Assembly (NCBI GenBank): GCA_027493025.1 | Contig: JAPUDQ010000009.1 | Span: 15,703-79,702 of the forward strand | Reading direction: 5' to 3' | DNA: 64,000 nt | DNA from: Candidatus Saccharimonadota bacterium | GTDB taxonomy: Bacteria; Patescibacteriota; Saccharimonadia; Saccharimonadales; Saccharimonadaceae | In this document: positions 27,394 through 36,866 of the stretch, piece by piece | Layout: every line of letters starts with the position of its first letter | Numbering within the stretch: the stretch's first letter is position 1 | Translations under genes and position numbers: made by a program | The notes under the pieces: model-generated | Databases searched by the model: none | What the model was told of the DNA's origin: nothing | Seen by the model: the letters and a program-made list of their open reading frames with translations, nothing else

Positions 27394-27966
27394 CTACTGA
27401 GATATTGTGGCAACTTTTAAAAAAGTGCTGTATTGTTCTTCAAACTCTAATTCACCATCTATAATGACATGTTTCTCAGATTTATCAGGTAATTCAGTCG
27501 TTGTAGGAAATCGGTTGATCAGCATTTTCATTTTAGTGGCATGATATGGATGAGAGTCGTCTGAGCAGACCCGGACTTGTCCACGTTTCATAGCCACGTC
27601 TGGATCAGTTTTTATCCACACCAGTATTGTTTTTGCACCACATTGTTTGGCAAGTGTTTCAAGATGCTGGCGATCTCGGCGCTTAGCCATCTGCGCATCA
27701 AAAACAACGTGATATCCTGCTCGTAAAACCTGGGCAGCCGCATAATCCATCGCACCAAAGACGTCCTGATATAGACGAGTGTTATCCTCTTTGCGCAATT
27801 GTTCAATCCTGTTTAGCGATTTAAACATACTGATACGCATCGCATCACTATTGAAAGTAACCGCGTGAATTCGCTCGGCTAGTTTTCGTGCAAAATAGGT
27901 CTTCTCAGAACCGGGAAATCCAATAAACATTATCAGTAGAGGCATCTCCTGACGATACTGTGGCAT
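27394..27966 (-). CDS. P-loop kinase-like protein (AAA_33 / zeta-toxin / polynucleotide-kinase-like) with atypical Walker A
   Basis: LIMFIGFPGSEKTYFARKL. I prefer ATG 27966 over the TTG at 28035 used by the ORF track. Confidence 0.6.
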   Translation of the reverse strand: MPQYRQEMPLLIMFIGFPGSEKTYFARKLAERIHAVTFNSDAMRISMFKSLNRIEQLRKEDNTRLYQDVFGAMDYAAAQVLRAGYHVVFDAQMAKRRDRQHLETLAKQCGAKTILVWIKTDPDVAMKRGQVRVCSDDSHPYHATKMKMLINRFPTTTELPDKSEKHVIIDGELEFEEQYSTFLKVATISQ

Positions 27967-28118
27967 ATGTCTATACCTTTTTGCGATTTCGAGATGTCTT
28001 CGTCGTGGTTGATTGTTTCGCGCTGCTTTGTTCAAGTTTTTTGGTGATATAGCTCACCACAAAAGGTAGCGCCCACAAAATCACGCGCCGAACGGTTGGG
28101 TTTTTCCATAGTCGTACT

Positions 28119-28155
28119 AAAAACATATCCCGAGTATATACATTTACTCGGGATA
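28119..28155 (-). terminator. Rho-independent terminator after pnp
   Basis: atcccgagta (28127-36) pairs with tactcgggat (28146-55). On the minus strand the stem is followed by ATGTTTTT. Confidence 0.65.
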
Positions 28156-28177
28156 CATATGTGAGCTAGCCGACAAA

Positions 28178-30301
28178 TTAGGCGTTATTTACATCGCTTG
28201 GCTTCATACTGAGACTGAGCCGTCCGCGATCATCAACGGCGACGAGTTTGACGCGAACTTTCTGACCTTCTTTGACCACATCCGTTACTTTCTCAACGCG
28301 ACCTTCGCTAAGCGCAGAGATATGACACATCCCATCAATGCCCGGCATAATGTTGATGAAAGCCCCAAACTCCATGACCTTGACGACGGTTCCTTCGTAT
28401 ATCTTACCGACTTCGGGTTCTTCGACAAGTCCTTTGATCCATTCGAGAGCTTTTTCGATTGATGCAGTGTCAATAGCCGAGATCGTGACAAGTCCACTGT
28501 CTTTGATATCAACTTCGGCACCGGTTTCTTTGGTAATCTTGTTGATCGTTTCGCCACCCTTACCGATGATAGCACCAATCTTGTCAGGGTTGACCATGAG
28601 TTTTTCGATACGCGGTGCATATGGACTGAGCTGCGGTCGTGATGCCTCGATCGTCGTGAGCATATGCGCCAAAATATGTGCGCGACCTGGTTTCGCCGCC
28701 AAGACTGCCTTTCGGAGAATATCCACTGAAAGTCCATGGACTTTCATATCCATTTGCATCGCGGTAACACCATTCGCTGTACCAGTTACTTTGAAATCCA
28801 TATCTCCCGCAAAGTCCTCAGCATCGGCGATATCAGTCAGGATATATGGTGTTTCGTTGTCCATCATCAATCCCATAGCAATACCGGATACTGGATTTTT
28901 GAGTGGTACACCCGCATCCATAAGCGCAAGGCATGAACTACAAGTAGCGGCCATGCTCGTACTACCGTTTTGACTCATGATTTCCGTAACACTACGAATT
29001 GCATAGGGGAAATCTTCCTCGTCGGGCAACACGGGGATCAATGCTCGCTCTGCGAGATATCCATGACCAATCTCGCGTCGGCCAGGACTACCGAGACGAC
29101 GGACTTCACCAACGGTATAGCCGGGCGCGTTATAGTGGTGCATATAACGACGCTCGAAGTCAGTCTGCTCCATCGTATCGACGATTTGGGCATAGCTAAG
29201 TGGTGCCAAGGTTACGATGTTCATCCCCTGCGTCACGCCGCGTGTAAAGAGACTCGATCCGTGCGCTCGCGGCAAAATTCCTACTTCTGAGCTAAGGAGT
29301 CGTACTTCGTCGAGCTTACGACCATCAGGGCGGATACCTTCTTCTACAATTCCTTTGCGTACATCTTTGTGAACGGCTTTTTCAAAGGCTTCGGCGTATT
29401 CACCGAGTACCGCGTCATAGTCATCACCAACCTTTTCACGCATGTCATTGTGAAACGCTTCCGCAAGTTCAGCAATCAGCGCATTACGCTCAGGATACGC
29501 TTTGCGGAGCGCTGCTCCAAGCTTTCCTTCTGTCCAAGTATCAGCTGCCGTCTGGATAGTTTCATCAGGTAATACCAGCTCATAGGTAAGCGGCTGTACG
29601 CCGACTTTTTCGGAAAGTTCACGTTGCATTTTGATAGCAGGCTGTAGCTGCTCGTGCGCCCAGGCCATACCATCAAGAATAACGTCTTCTGGCACTTCAT
29701 TAGCGCCCGCCTCAACCATTGTAATACCGTGTTCTATCCCCGCAACAACGAGATCGAGGTCGCTTTGCTCGCGTTGATCAGGAGTCAAAAAGGCTTTGAA
29801 CTCATTATTGATTCGACCGACCCGTAGCCCCGCGACTGGTCCATCAAATGGTGCTCCCGTCAGCATCAGCGCCGAACTCGCCGCGATCATCGCAATCATA
29901 TCTGGACGAAAATCAGGGTCCATACTGAGAACACTCGCGACAACCTGAACTTCTTGTCGGTACCCTTTTGGAAATAGTGGACGAATCGGACGATCAATAA
30001 TCCGTCCGATTAAAATCGCCTCATCACTCGGTCGTCCTTCGCGTTTGACAAACCGGCTACCGCTGATTTTGCCTGCTGCATAAAACTTTTCTTCGTAGTC
30101 AACGCTAAGAGGAAAATAATCCATCCCGCTGATCGGCTTACTCCCCACCATCGCCGTACCGAGAACCACGGTGTCGCCGTAACGCGCCAAGACGCTTGCG
30201 GTCGTACGAAAACCGACTCGGTTCACCTCAAGCGTCAGCGTTTTACCGCACAGCTCGGTTGAAACAGACAAGATATCTTTGCCTGTAGGATTTATAGTCA
30301 T
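28178..30301 (-). CDS. pnp: Polyribonucleotide nucleotidyltransferase (PNPase)
   Basis: Two RNase PH domains, a KH domain and an S1 domain (FGAFINIMPGIDGMCHIS). The start is trimmed to ATG 30301, which is preceded by AAGGAG. Confidence 0.92.
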   Translation of the reverse strand: MTINPTGKDILSVSTELCGKTLTLEVNRVGFRTTASVLARYGDTVVLGTAMVGSKPISGMDYFPLSVDYEEKFYAAGKISGSRFVKREGRPSDEAILIGRIIDRPIRPLFPKGYRQEVQVVASVLSMDPDFRPDMIAMIAASSALMLTGAPFDGPVAGLRVGRINNEFKAFLTPDQREQSDLDLVVAGIEHGITMVEAGANEVPEDVILDGMAWAHEQLQPAIKMQRELSEKVGVQPLTYELVLPDETIQTAADTWTEGKLGAALRKAYPERNALIAELAEAFHNDMREKVGDDYDAVLGEYAEAFEKAVHKDVRKGIVEEGIRPDGRKLDEVRLLSSEVGILPRAHGSSLFTRGVTQGMNIVTLAPLSYAQIVDTMEQTDFERRYMHHYNAPGYTVGEVRRLGSPGRREIGHGYLAERALIPVLPDEEDFPYAIRSVTEIMSQNGSTSMAATCSSCLALMDAGVPLKNPVSGIAMGLMMDNETPYILTDIADAEDFAGDMDFKVTGTANGVTAMQMDMKVHGLSVDILRKAVLAAKPGRAHILAHMLTTIEASRPQLSPYAPRIEKLMVNPDKIGAIIGKGGETINKITKETGAEVDIKDSGLVTISAIDTASIEKALEWIKGLVEEPEVGKIYEGTVVKVMEFGAFINIMPGIDGMCHISALSEGRVEKVTDVVKEGQKVRVKLVAVDDRGRLSLSMKPSDVNNA

Positions 30302-30539
30302 AGAAACTCCTTTCACGGAGAGTAACAGGTGATAATCCCTAAAAGGAACTATCATCTATCACACTCCGTATTTGTATTACATCTCCTAGTATACCGCACC
30401 GTGCTTTTTCTGAGGAAATATTGACACAAATAATCGATATATACTTACTTCTAGCGAACAATCGTTTGCTAGAAGCGGAGGACATCCTCGGCTTTTTTTG
30501 TTTGCGAGGCTCTTGCCTCGCCCATCCCAAGGAGCAGCA

Positions 30540-30749
30540 ATGCCCGGAGGAAATGGCCGATCGCAGGGCGGTATGAACCGCAAGAACCACCACGACAGTC
30601 TCAGTCAGTCCGGCCAGCAACGTTATGGCGGAGGTGGAGGCGGCACACGCCAGCCCAAGTGGACCCCGCCGCGCCAGCGATCAGCAGGCGACATCGTCGA
30701 CAACTACCTCTTCGGCACGGGCTCGAAGAAGAAGGGCAAGAAGCGGTGA
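30540..30749 (+). CDS. Small Gly/Arg/Lys-rich hypothetical protein in a second high-GC islet
   Basis: AAGGAG lies 6 nt before ATG 30540. The product is MPGGNGRSQGG...GGGGGTRQPKW...KKKGKKR (69 aa), with third codon positions mostly G/C. Confidence 0.5.
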   Translation: MPGGNGRSQGGMNRKNHHDSLSQSGQQRYGGGGGGTRQPKWTPPRQRSAGDIVDNYLFGTGSKKKGKKR

Positions 30750-30809
30750 GCCACCAGGACCTGAGCTATGTCCTGTAAATAAACTGGCTCACGACCTATA
30801 ATTGACGTT

Positions 30810-31781
30810 ATGAAAAATATTAATCTTGTTAAACAACATCCTTGTGTGCAACTCGCCCATGTCTATGAACATATGTTTTTGCGCGAGATTAATCGTTTTC
30901 TTTATGAGAAAGGCTGCTTCAAAACACTAGACTATTTTGCCAATGGCACAACATTTGATGAGGGAGGAATTATAGTCGTAGAATGTGGCTTCTATACCAA
31001 AAAGGCACTGGCGTACAAAGACAATATAGCTAATCTTTCTATTAGCATGGGAGTTGATAATATACATGTATCAAACGCTCTTCTAGAGATTGCCGCAGAA
31101 GAGCCCACAAAAATCAGCGTAGTTGATAAATACAAAATACCCGAAGAAATCAAATTGCTCAACTCCCAGCCATGGCAACCCCTAGATCAGATACCGCCAA
31201 TTGATACGAAAAAAATCCGTCGAAGCAGTACTCCGATATACCTTACAAATATCCCAGCATGTAATCCTAAAACACTAGACATAAAGCTGCATCTTAATAG
31301 AGATTTTATTAAGTATAATCGACATTTAACCCCTCTCGCAAATCACTTATTCAATATCCTACTCCTTTCCATATCTACTCAAATAACAAAAGACTTTCCA
31401 TTCTATGCAACGTACATCTATAGCAACCCCAAAACATTTTCCAACACAAGCAAGCTGCAGATTTTACCTAAGGCCGCAAATGATATTGAGCTCCAAAACA
31501 TCATGGATATTTTACAAAAAACAGTCACGTATATGATTTCCTCAGGCTTCATTCTGCGTTTCGAGAAATATTTACAAAACATATCATATAACAACTGCCC
31601 TTATGAGTCGCCTGATATAGCAACTGTCATAAATGAATCAGGTTTCACTATGGGAAGAAGTGCATGGAGAATGGTAGGCACTCAAGACAATATATTAAAA
31701 ATTCTCAAAGAAGCTAAGGCATCTCTCGTACTAGGACGACAAAAGTTAACTCAGAATATTCTCCCACACAACGATTGCTAG
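30810..31781 (+). CDS. Hypothetical protein with N-terminal HxxEH motif
   Basis: 323 aa with QLAHVYEHMFL near the N-terminus. TATAAT lies 7 nt before the ATG. Confidence 0.65.
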   Translation: MKNINLVKQHPCVQLAHVYEHMFLREINRFLYEKGCFKTLDYFANGTTFDEGGIIVVECGFYTKKALAYKDNIANLSISMGVDNIHVSNALLEIAAEEPTKISVVDKYKIPEEIKLLNSQPWQPLDQIPPIDTKKIRRSSTPIYLTNIPACNPKTLDIKLHLNRDFIKYNRHLTPLANHLFNILLLSISTQITKDFPFYATYIYSNPKTFSNTSKLQILPKAANDIELQNIMDILQKTVTYMISSGFILRFEKYLQNISYNNCPYESPDIATVINESGFTMGRSAWRMVGTQDNILKILKEAKASLVLGRQKLTQNILPHNDC

Positions 31782-31818
31782 ACTTTTTACCGTACCATAA
31801 CCATGATACGATTTTAGT

Positions 31819-33426
31819 ATGAAAGAATCGGGTGAGATCGATGAAGAGCTGGTAATTGCTGAGCAACTCGAGATGCCAAAGCTCAAAAAGGAACCGAAGA
31901 GTTCAACCCAATTCGCCAAACCAAAGCTTGACCCAGAAATCACCAAGATTGTTGAGACAATAGAACAAATAGATGCGATACAGCCAGTCCGCGAGCCGAT
32001 CGTGCATGTCAACGAAAATACAACAGTATCCTGCCGTCCTGCAAAGCATACTCACCTCAGGCGAATTGCCGGTATACTTCTCGGGTTGACCTTTGTGGGG
32101 TTACTTATATGGGCCGGCTCTATTTATAGCCAAAAAGGCTCGCTGGCTAGCTATATGGTTGGCAATATCCCCGTCAGCGCATCCACACCAGATGATATCC
32201 AAGCCAAAACCCTCCTAACAGCCTTTGACACCTACCGCTTTACCATCAACAGCCAGACTAAAGTTACAACTCATCGTCCTGCCGACGCGGGTATAACGGT
32301 TGACGCAAAGAAAACGCTGGAAACGGTTCGACAAGCCCACAGTAAACATACGCTACTCGAGAACCTTGCCTGGTGGCAAACGTATTCCCTGCCACTCTCT
32401 CTTTCGGTTGACGAGGGTAAGCTGGCGGATTTTATTGCAGCACATTTGGTTCAGACCACGACAAGCCCAGTCAATGCCACCATTGCCACCGAAACTGGCG
32501 AGATCGTCGTAACGGATGAAACGAACGGCGCCGGTCTAACGATCGATCAGCCCCGACAGACATTAGTCGACGCCATTAGTCAGCTTCGCCCCTCAGCGCA
32601 GTTTACTCTTACTCAGCAGACGGTTCCGGCAAAAGTCACTCGAGAATCGATCAAACCCGTCCTCGAAGAAATAAAGACTATCGCATCAATACCGATTACA
32701 GTTGCCGTCGAGGGCGAAACGATTGCCGCTAGTGCCGCTACGATCACGTCTTGGGTAGATCCTATCAAAGAGATTGATACCCAAGCCCGTTTTGAAATCA
32801 ACTCGGGCAAGGTTCAGGCTTGGCTTGACGGGGTTGCCGCCAACCATACGATGAGTGTTCGCAACGAACTGCGCGCCAAAGATAGTAGCGGCGCAGAGAT
32901 TATCCTGACTCGCGGCCGAACTGGCTATAAAGTCACAAATGATGATCAGATTGCCAAAGATATCGTTGCAAGTCTTGAAAAGCGTGCTCCATACACCAAG
33001 ACGCTTGAAGTCACCCGCCAACCATACAAAGTTATCAATGCGACTATATATGACAAATGGCTCATCGCAGACCTTAGTAATCACATGATATACGCGTATG
33101 AACGCGACACATTGGTCAAATCATTTCCGATGAGTGCGGGCGCACCAGAAACACCAACCGTGGTTGGTACGTTTGCGATCTATCAAAAATTTCGCAGCCA
33201 GACGATGCGCGGCCCCAACACCGATGGTACCAGCTACAATGTGCCGAATGTTGAGTGGGTCAGTTATTTTCATGAGGCCTACGCAATCCATGGCAACTAC
33301 TGGCGGCCCGCCTCGACCTTTGGTTCCCTCAATACCTCTCATGGATGTATCGGTCTACCCAATGTTTCCAGCCGCTGGATATACGAGTGGGCACCAATCG
33401 GCACGCCAGTAATCACCCACAACTAG
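31819..33426 (+). CDS. L,D-transpeptidase (YkuD domain) with N-terminal membrane anchor
   Basis: 535 aa. The C-terminal region ...YFHEAYAIHGNYW...SHGCIGLP contains the catalytic His/Cys motif. Confidence 0.85.
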   Translation: MKESGEIDEELVIAEQLEMPKLKKEPKSSTQFAKPKLDPEITKIVETIEQIDAIQPVREPIVHVNENTTVSCRPAKHTHLRRIAGILLGLTFVGLLIWAGSIYSQKGSLASYMVGNIPVSASTPDDIQAKTLLTAFDTYRFTINSQTKVTTHRPADAGITVDAKKTLETVRQAHSKHTLLENLAWWQTYSLPLSLSVDEGKLADFIAAHLVQTTTSPVNATIATETGEIVVTDETNGAGLTIDQPRQTLVDAISQLRPSAQFTLTQQTVPAKVTRESIKPVLEEIKTIASIPITVAVEGETIAASAATITSWVDPIKEIDTQARFEINSGKVQAWLDGVAANHTMSVRNELRAKDSSGAEIILTRGRTGYKVTNDDQIAKDIVASLEKRAPYTKTLEVTRQPYKVINATIYDKWLIADLSNHMIYAYERDTLVKSFPMSAGAPETPTVVGTFAIYQKFRSQTMRGPNTDGTSYNVPNVEWVSYFHEAYAIHGNYWRPASTFGSLNTSHGCIGLPNVSSRWIYEWAPIGTPVITHN

Positions 33427-33444
33427 GTGTGATACAATCAAACC

Positions 33445-33909
33445 ATGTCAAGACGAATTACCGTACGAGGAATTATCTATAAAGACGGTAAAATCTTTGC
33501 CGTCAAGCATAAAGACCACGCAGGATCCGCCAAAGAGTTTTGGTGTACGCCAGGCGGCGGGCTTGACGATGGCGAAGCGCTTGAAGACGGAATCAGACGC
33601 GAACTCAAAGAAGAAACTGGCGTTGATGCACAGGTCGGACGGCTCCTCTTTATCCAACAATTTAGTAAAACACCCGATGCGAGTCATGGTTTTGACGAGT
33701 TCCTGGAGTTCTTTTTCCAGATAACCAACCCTGATGATTTTGAAATGATAGACCTGACCTCCACCACACACGGCGACGCCGAAATTAGCGCCTACGACTT
33801 CGTTGATCCTACGGCCGTCATCTTTTTACCAACATGTATCGCCAATATCGACTTCAAACGTTACGTCGAAACTATCCAACCACCATATATCTACACCGAT
33901 CTAAAGTAA
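33445..33909 (+). CDS. NUDIX hydrolase
   Basis: Nudix box GGGLDDGEALEDGIRRELKEETGV. Confidence 0.85.
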   Translation: MSRRITVRGIIYKDGKIFAVKHKDHAGSAKEFWCTPGGGLDDGEALEDGIRRELKEETGVDAQVGRLLFIQQFSKTPDASHGFDEFLEFFFQITNPDDFEMIDLTSTTHGDAEISAYDFVDPTAVIFLPTCIANIDFKRYVETIQPPYIYTDLK

Positions 33910-34566
33910 CTCGACGTTTTGCGCAGCCCATTCGAGCGCATACTGGGTTTTTTCGCGTGCTGTGACAGCGGCCTGAGTGGGCGTATCCTCTCCCCACCAC
34001 GCCTTCCATGCCCAGTCCGCTGGATTGAGACATTCAAAACAATCCAAATGTCGCAACGTTCCCTCAATAAATTGCTCATTTCGCTCCGTGTAGACATAGC
34101 TGTAACCAGATTTCTCTAGTGCCCGACGGCTACGTTGATTACCCTGAATTACCGCTGATTTTATACGGTGCATACCATACTGCTCAAAGACATACCATGC
34201 TCGCGCCATGTGAGCCGCACTTGCTATTCCCCGCCCCCAGTACAATTGATTCGTAATCACCGATCCACTGGTAGCCTGAATGATATGATCTTTTGTAATA
34301 TTAGTCAGGGCACTATTTCCAATGAGCGTTCGTTCACCATTCTCTATAGCCCACAGCCCCCATATGAACGAAGACTTATCCTTGATAACCTTGTCATACC
34401 ATTCCTGCTCCGTTTCAGCGGTTTGAGCCGTATGAAACGAAATATATCGCACCGTACTCATGCGGGCCATTCCGGGAATAAAAGCCAACACGTCCTCACG
34501 CGAGAACGGTGCCATTTCTACGGCCATATCGCCAACCGCAAATCTCATCGTACAACCAAGCGCCAT
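33901..34566 (-). CDS. GNAT N-acetyltransferase (RimJ/RimL-like)
   Basis: YWGRGIASAAHMARAWYVFEQYGMHRI...NQRSRRALEKSGY. The ATG at 34566 lies 6 nt after AGGAG. Confidence 0.8.
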   Translation of the reverse strand: MALGCTMRFAVGDMAVEMAPFSREDVLAFIPGMARMSTVRYISFHTAQTAETEQEWYDKVIKDKSSFIWGLWAIENGERTLIGNSALTNITKDHIIQATSGSVITNQLYWGRGIASAAHMARAWYVFEQYGMHRIKSAVIQGNQRSRRALEKSGYSYVYTERNEQFIEGTLRHLDCFECLNPADWAWKAWWGEDTPTQAAVTAREKTQYALEWAAQNVELL

Positions 34567-34646
34567 CACATTCTCCTATTATCTTTCATATGTATCATAA
34601 CAAAAACTGCCGCGATCAGGCGACAGTTAGTGCAAAGCGAGTTACT

Positions 34647-34913
34647 CTACTTACGAAGCCCGAGCTTAGTAATAATCTCCTGATAGGCAGCAAAATCGTT
34701 GGTCTCAAGATATCGAAGCAGCCTTTTACGACGCCCTACCATCTGAATGAGTCCGCGGCGAGCCATGTTGTCATGTTTGTTCGCCTTTAAGTGAGCTGTC
34801 ACCTCTTTGATGCGAGCCGTGAGTACCGCGACCTGCGCCTGAGGAGAGCCGACATCAGTTTTGTGAACTGCGCCGAGCTTGATTGCTTTTAACTTGTCCT
34901 CTTTTGTAATCAT
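34647..34913 (-). CDS. rpsO: 30S ribosomal protein S15
   Basis: 88 aa with the S15 signature GSPQAQVAVLTARIKEVTAHLKANKHDNMARRGLIQMVGRRKRLLRYL. Confidence 0.92.
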   Translation of the reverse strand: MITKEDKLKAIKLGAVHKTDVGSPQAQVAVLTARIKEVTAHLKANKHDNMARRGLIQMVGRRKRLLRYLETNDFAAYQEIITKLGLRK

Positions 34914-34921
34914 ACCGCCCT

Positions 34922-34950
34922 ATCCTACCAGATTTAAGATATATTGACAA
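34922..34950 (-). promoter_or_regulatory. Promoter TTGTCA-17-TAGGAT (TGg extended), with -10 box ending 8 nt before the rpsO ATG
   Basis: The reverse complement of 34914-34950 is ttgtca atatatcttaaatctgg taggat agggcggt, followed by ATG. Confidence 0.5.
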
Positions 34951-36828
34951 CTATTCAATATAAAAGTAACCGCCATAGACAGTACTCACTGGACTGGTCG
35001 CCCACGTAGGTTGTACGCTTTTAATTTCCAAAGAGTCCCCGACCGCAACCGGTATTGAAAGATTCTGGCTAAAGAATAGTCGTTCATTAGCTGCCGCTGA
35101 TACTGTCGATAGTAGAGTATCTGTGGAGTTATTTTTACGAATGTACATTGACCACGCCTCTCCCGACCCCGCAGTATCAGAATACGAACTCACGATAGCC
35201 GCCCTGACAACACCTGCCTTATTGATAAGTATCCTACTATACACTGGCGTTGTCATAGGCATTCTTGGATATGCACCAAAGTAAACAGTTTGACCCGAAA
35301 CAGGTGATGAGGTCAGGGCTTGAATCCCAATCGTATACCCCCCGGCACAATTCTCCCACGTACCATTACGATAACAACGGAACATTTTGTCGGCTGCATT
35401 ATAATAGGTTGCACCTTCCACGCCTGTGGGATCTCCGGTCGTATTCTTATTATCGAGTACGAGAACGACCGGATTCGCCGAAGCCGTACCTGAGCCGATA
35501 ACTATTCTGTTATTTATTGCGTTCACACTAAATAGCCCCGTACCTGCTGCATTCTGTACGAGTAACGCTGTCGTAGTGTTATTCATAGGCTTTACAGCAA
35601 GCCCATTTGTGGTAAAGTTCGTAAATTCCGCATTGTTCTGTGTACCAGCAGGAAGTGTTGCCGCTAATCCCTGTTCAGATTGCCACTTTAGTAAGTACGA
35701 ACCGCCATTTGATTGCGACGTCATCACCCATATTTGCCATGGATACATCACACGACCCCAAACCTCAACCCTCGTTAAGGAAGCTGAGTTCGTAACCGTA
35801 ACTGTCTTAAACTGAGAAGCATCTATATTTATGGTATCACTAACCCGTAGCGATACCGTCGGTGCACTTCCTAAAGCATTTTGTTGTTTAATTCGCACAT
35901 CAAGAGTTGCCCTATCCATACTACCTGAATCACCAATCGCTGCAATATCAAGCTTAGATCGGCAATCATAGTACTGCACATCAAGTTCACAATACCCAAG
36001 TCGAGTCCACGGTCCTGTGCCATCACTCGCAGTCGATGTCGTTAGATAGCCTCGTGCTTCAAATGATTGGGCTTGAATAGTACCACTTACCTCGCCACTA
36101 CCCTGGATCGTTAGTGCGTTCGTTCCACTAGGACTTATTCGCCCAATCGTAACAGCACCAGTATCGGTGACATTAAATCCAGCATAATGTATCCGATACG
36201 CCTGTGACGCAACCGTAGCGCTTGTACTGACGGTCAGATGTGTTGCATCCGTAAAAGCAGTAATCGTAGTACTAGTCCCATCGGCAAATATTAGTTTCTT
36301 ACCGACGAGCGTGGCATTCCAGGTCGTTCCGATACCAGTCACAGCCGTACCACTTTGTGATGCCGTACCATCTCGATAGGCAACTGGTGAGACGCTAAAT
36401 TTTGCATCAGGCTTAGTTGTGCCTATGCCAACTTTTATTGGCAGGTCGATAGAACCTAGTACGACCGAATGGCTATCTTGAACTTGAGCAAATGCACCGA
36501 TTGCTGTTGCGTTTTGCAGGATAGTGACTGTCTTAAACGCGCCACCATAATCCTGGTCTCCTGCTCGAACACCGATGGCCGTATTACCAGCACCCGACGT
36601 ATTCCCCCGTAAGGCATAAAGCCCAATCCCAACATTTCCATCCGCATTGTTTGCTGAAAGCGCATTAAACCCAATCGCTACATTATCACTACCCGTGGTG
36701 TTACTAACCATAGAATCTGTGCCGATAGCCATATTGCGGTTACCGGTCGTATTATTCCAGAGCGATGCCTCACCTAGTGCAGTATTGTCATTGCCGATAG
36801 TATTAGCCGCAAGCGCCGCTGCGCCCAC
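34951..36828 (-). CDS. Tail-fibre/adhesin-like surface protein, C-terminal fragment of a frameshift-split gene
   Basis: About 17-aa repeats of the form NxAxG-xxAL-xxNTxG (NTALGEASLWNNTTGNRNMAIG...), then a beta-rich region. The reading frame stays open upstream to 36885. Confidence 0.7.
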   Translation of the reverse strand: MGAAALAANTIGNDNTALGEASLWNNTTGNRNMAIGTDSMVSNTTGSDNVAIGFNALSANNADGNVGIGLYALRGNTSGAGNTAIGVRAGDQDYGGAFKTVTILQNATAIGAFAQVQDSHSVVLGSIDLPIKVGIGTTKPDAKFSVSPVAYRDGTASQSGTAVTGIGTTWNATLVGKKLIFADGTSTTITAFTDATHLTVSTSATVASQAYRIHYAGFNVTDTGAVTIGRISPSGTNALTIQGSGEVSGTIQAQSFEARGYLTTSTASDGTGPWTRLGYCELDVQYYDCRSKLDIAAIGDSGSMDRATLDVRIKQQNALGSAPTVSLRVSDTINIDASQFKTVTVTNSASLTRVEVWGRVMYPWQIWVMTSQSNGGSYLLKWQSEQGLAATLPAGTQNNAEFTNFTTNGLAVKPMNNTTTALLVQNAAGTGLFSVNAINNRIVIGSGTASANPVVLVLDNKNTTGDPTGVEGATYYNAADKMFRCYRNGTWENCAGGYTIGIQALTSSPVSGQTVYFGAYPRMPMTTPVYSRILINKAGVVRAAIVSSYSDTAGSGEAWSMYIRKNNSTDTLLSTVSAAANERLFFSQNLSIPVAVGDSLEIKSVQPTWATSPVSTVYGGYFYIE

Positions 36829-36866
36829 TCCAGTATTGTAGTTACCACTCGTATTTGCTTTTAAGA

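Noticed and set aside
27971-28126. Possible 51-aa membrane mini-ORF (MFLVRLWKNPTVRRVILWALPFVVSYITKKL...) between pnp and the P-loop gene
   Set aside because: Its ATG is the first triplet of the U-tract of the pnp terminator, and it has no SD or promoter of its own. I cannot tell it apart from chance, so I left it uncalled.
30450-30521. Hairpins at 30450-30477 (cttctagcgaac-aatc-gtttgctagaag) and 30504-30521 (gcgaggc-tctt-gcctcgc), with a T-run at 30493-30499, as possible terminators
   Set aside because: No plus-strand gene ends upstream of them, and on the minus strand no U-run follows. They may belong to the pnp 5' leader or to the islet boundary. The evidence is not enough to call a function.
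30339-30620. Minus-strand 93-aa and 65-aa ORFs upstream of pnp
   Set aside because: They span the pnp leader and the high-GC islet on the antisense strand. The plus-strand ORF with AAGGAG-6-ATG explains the region better.
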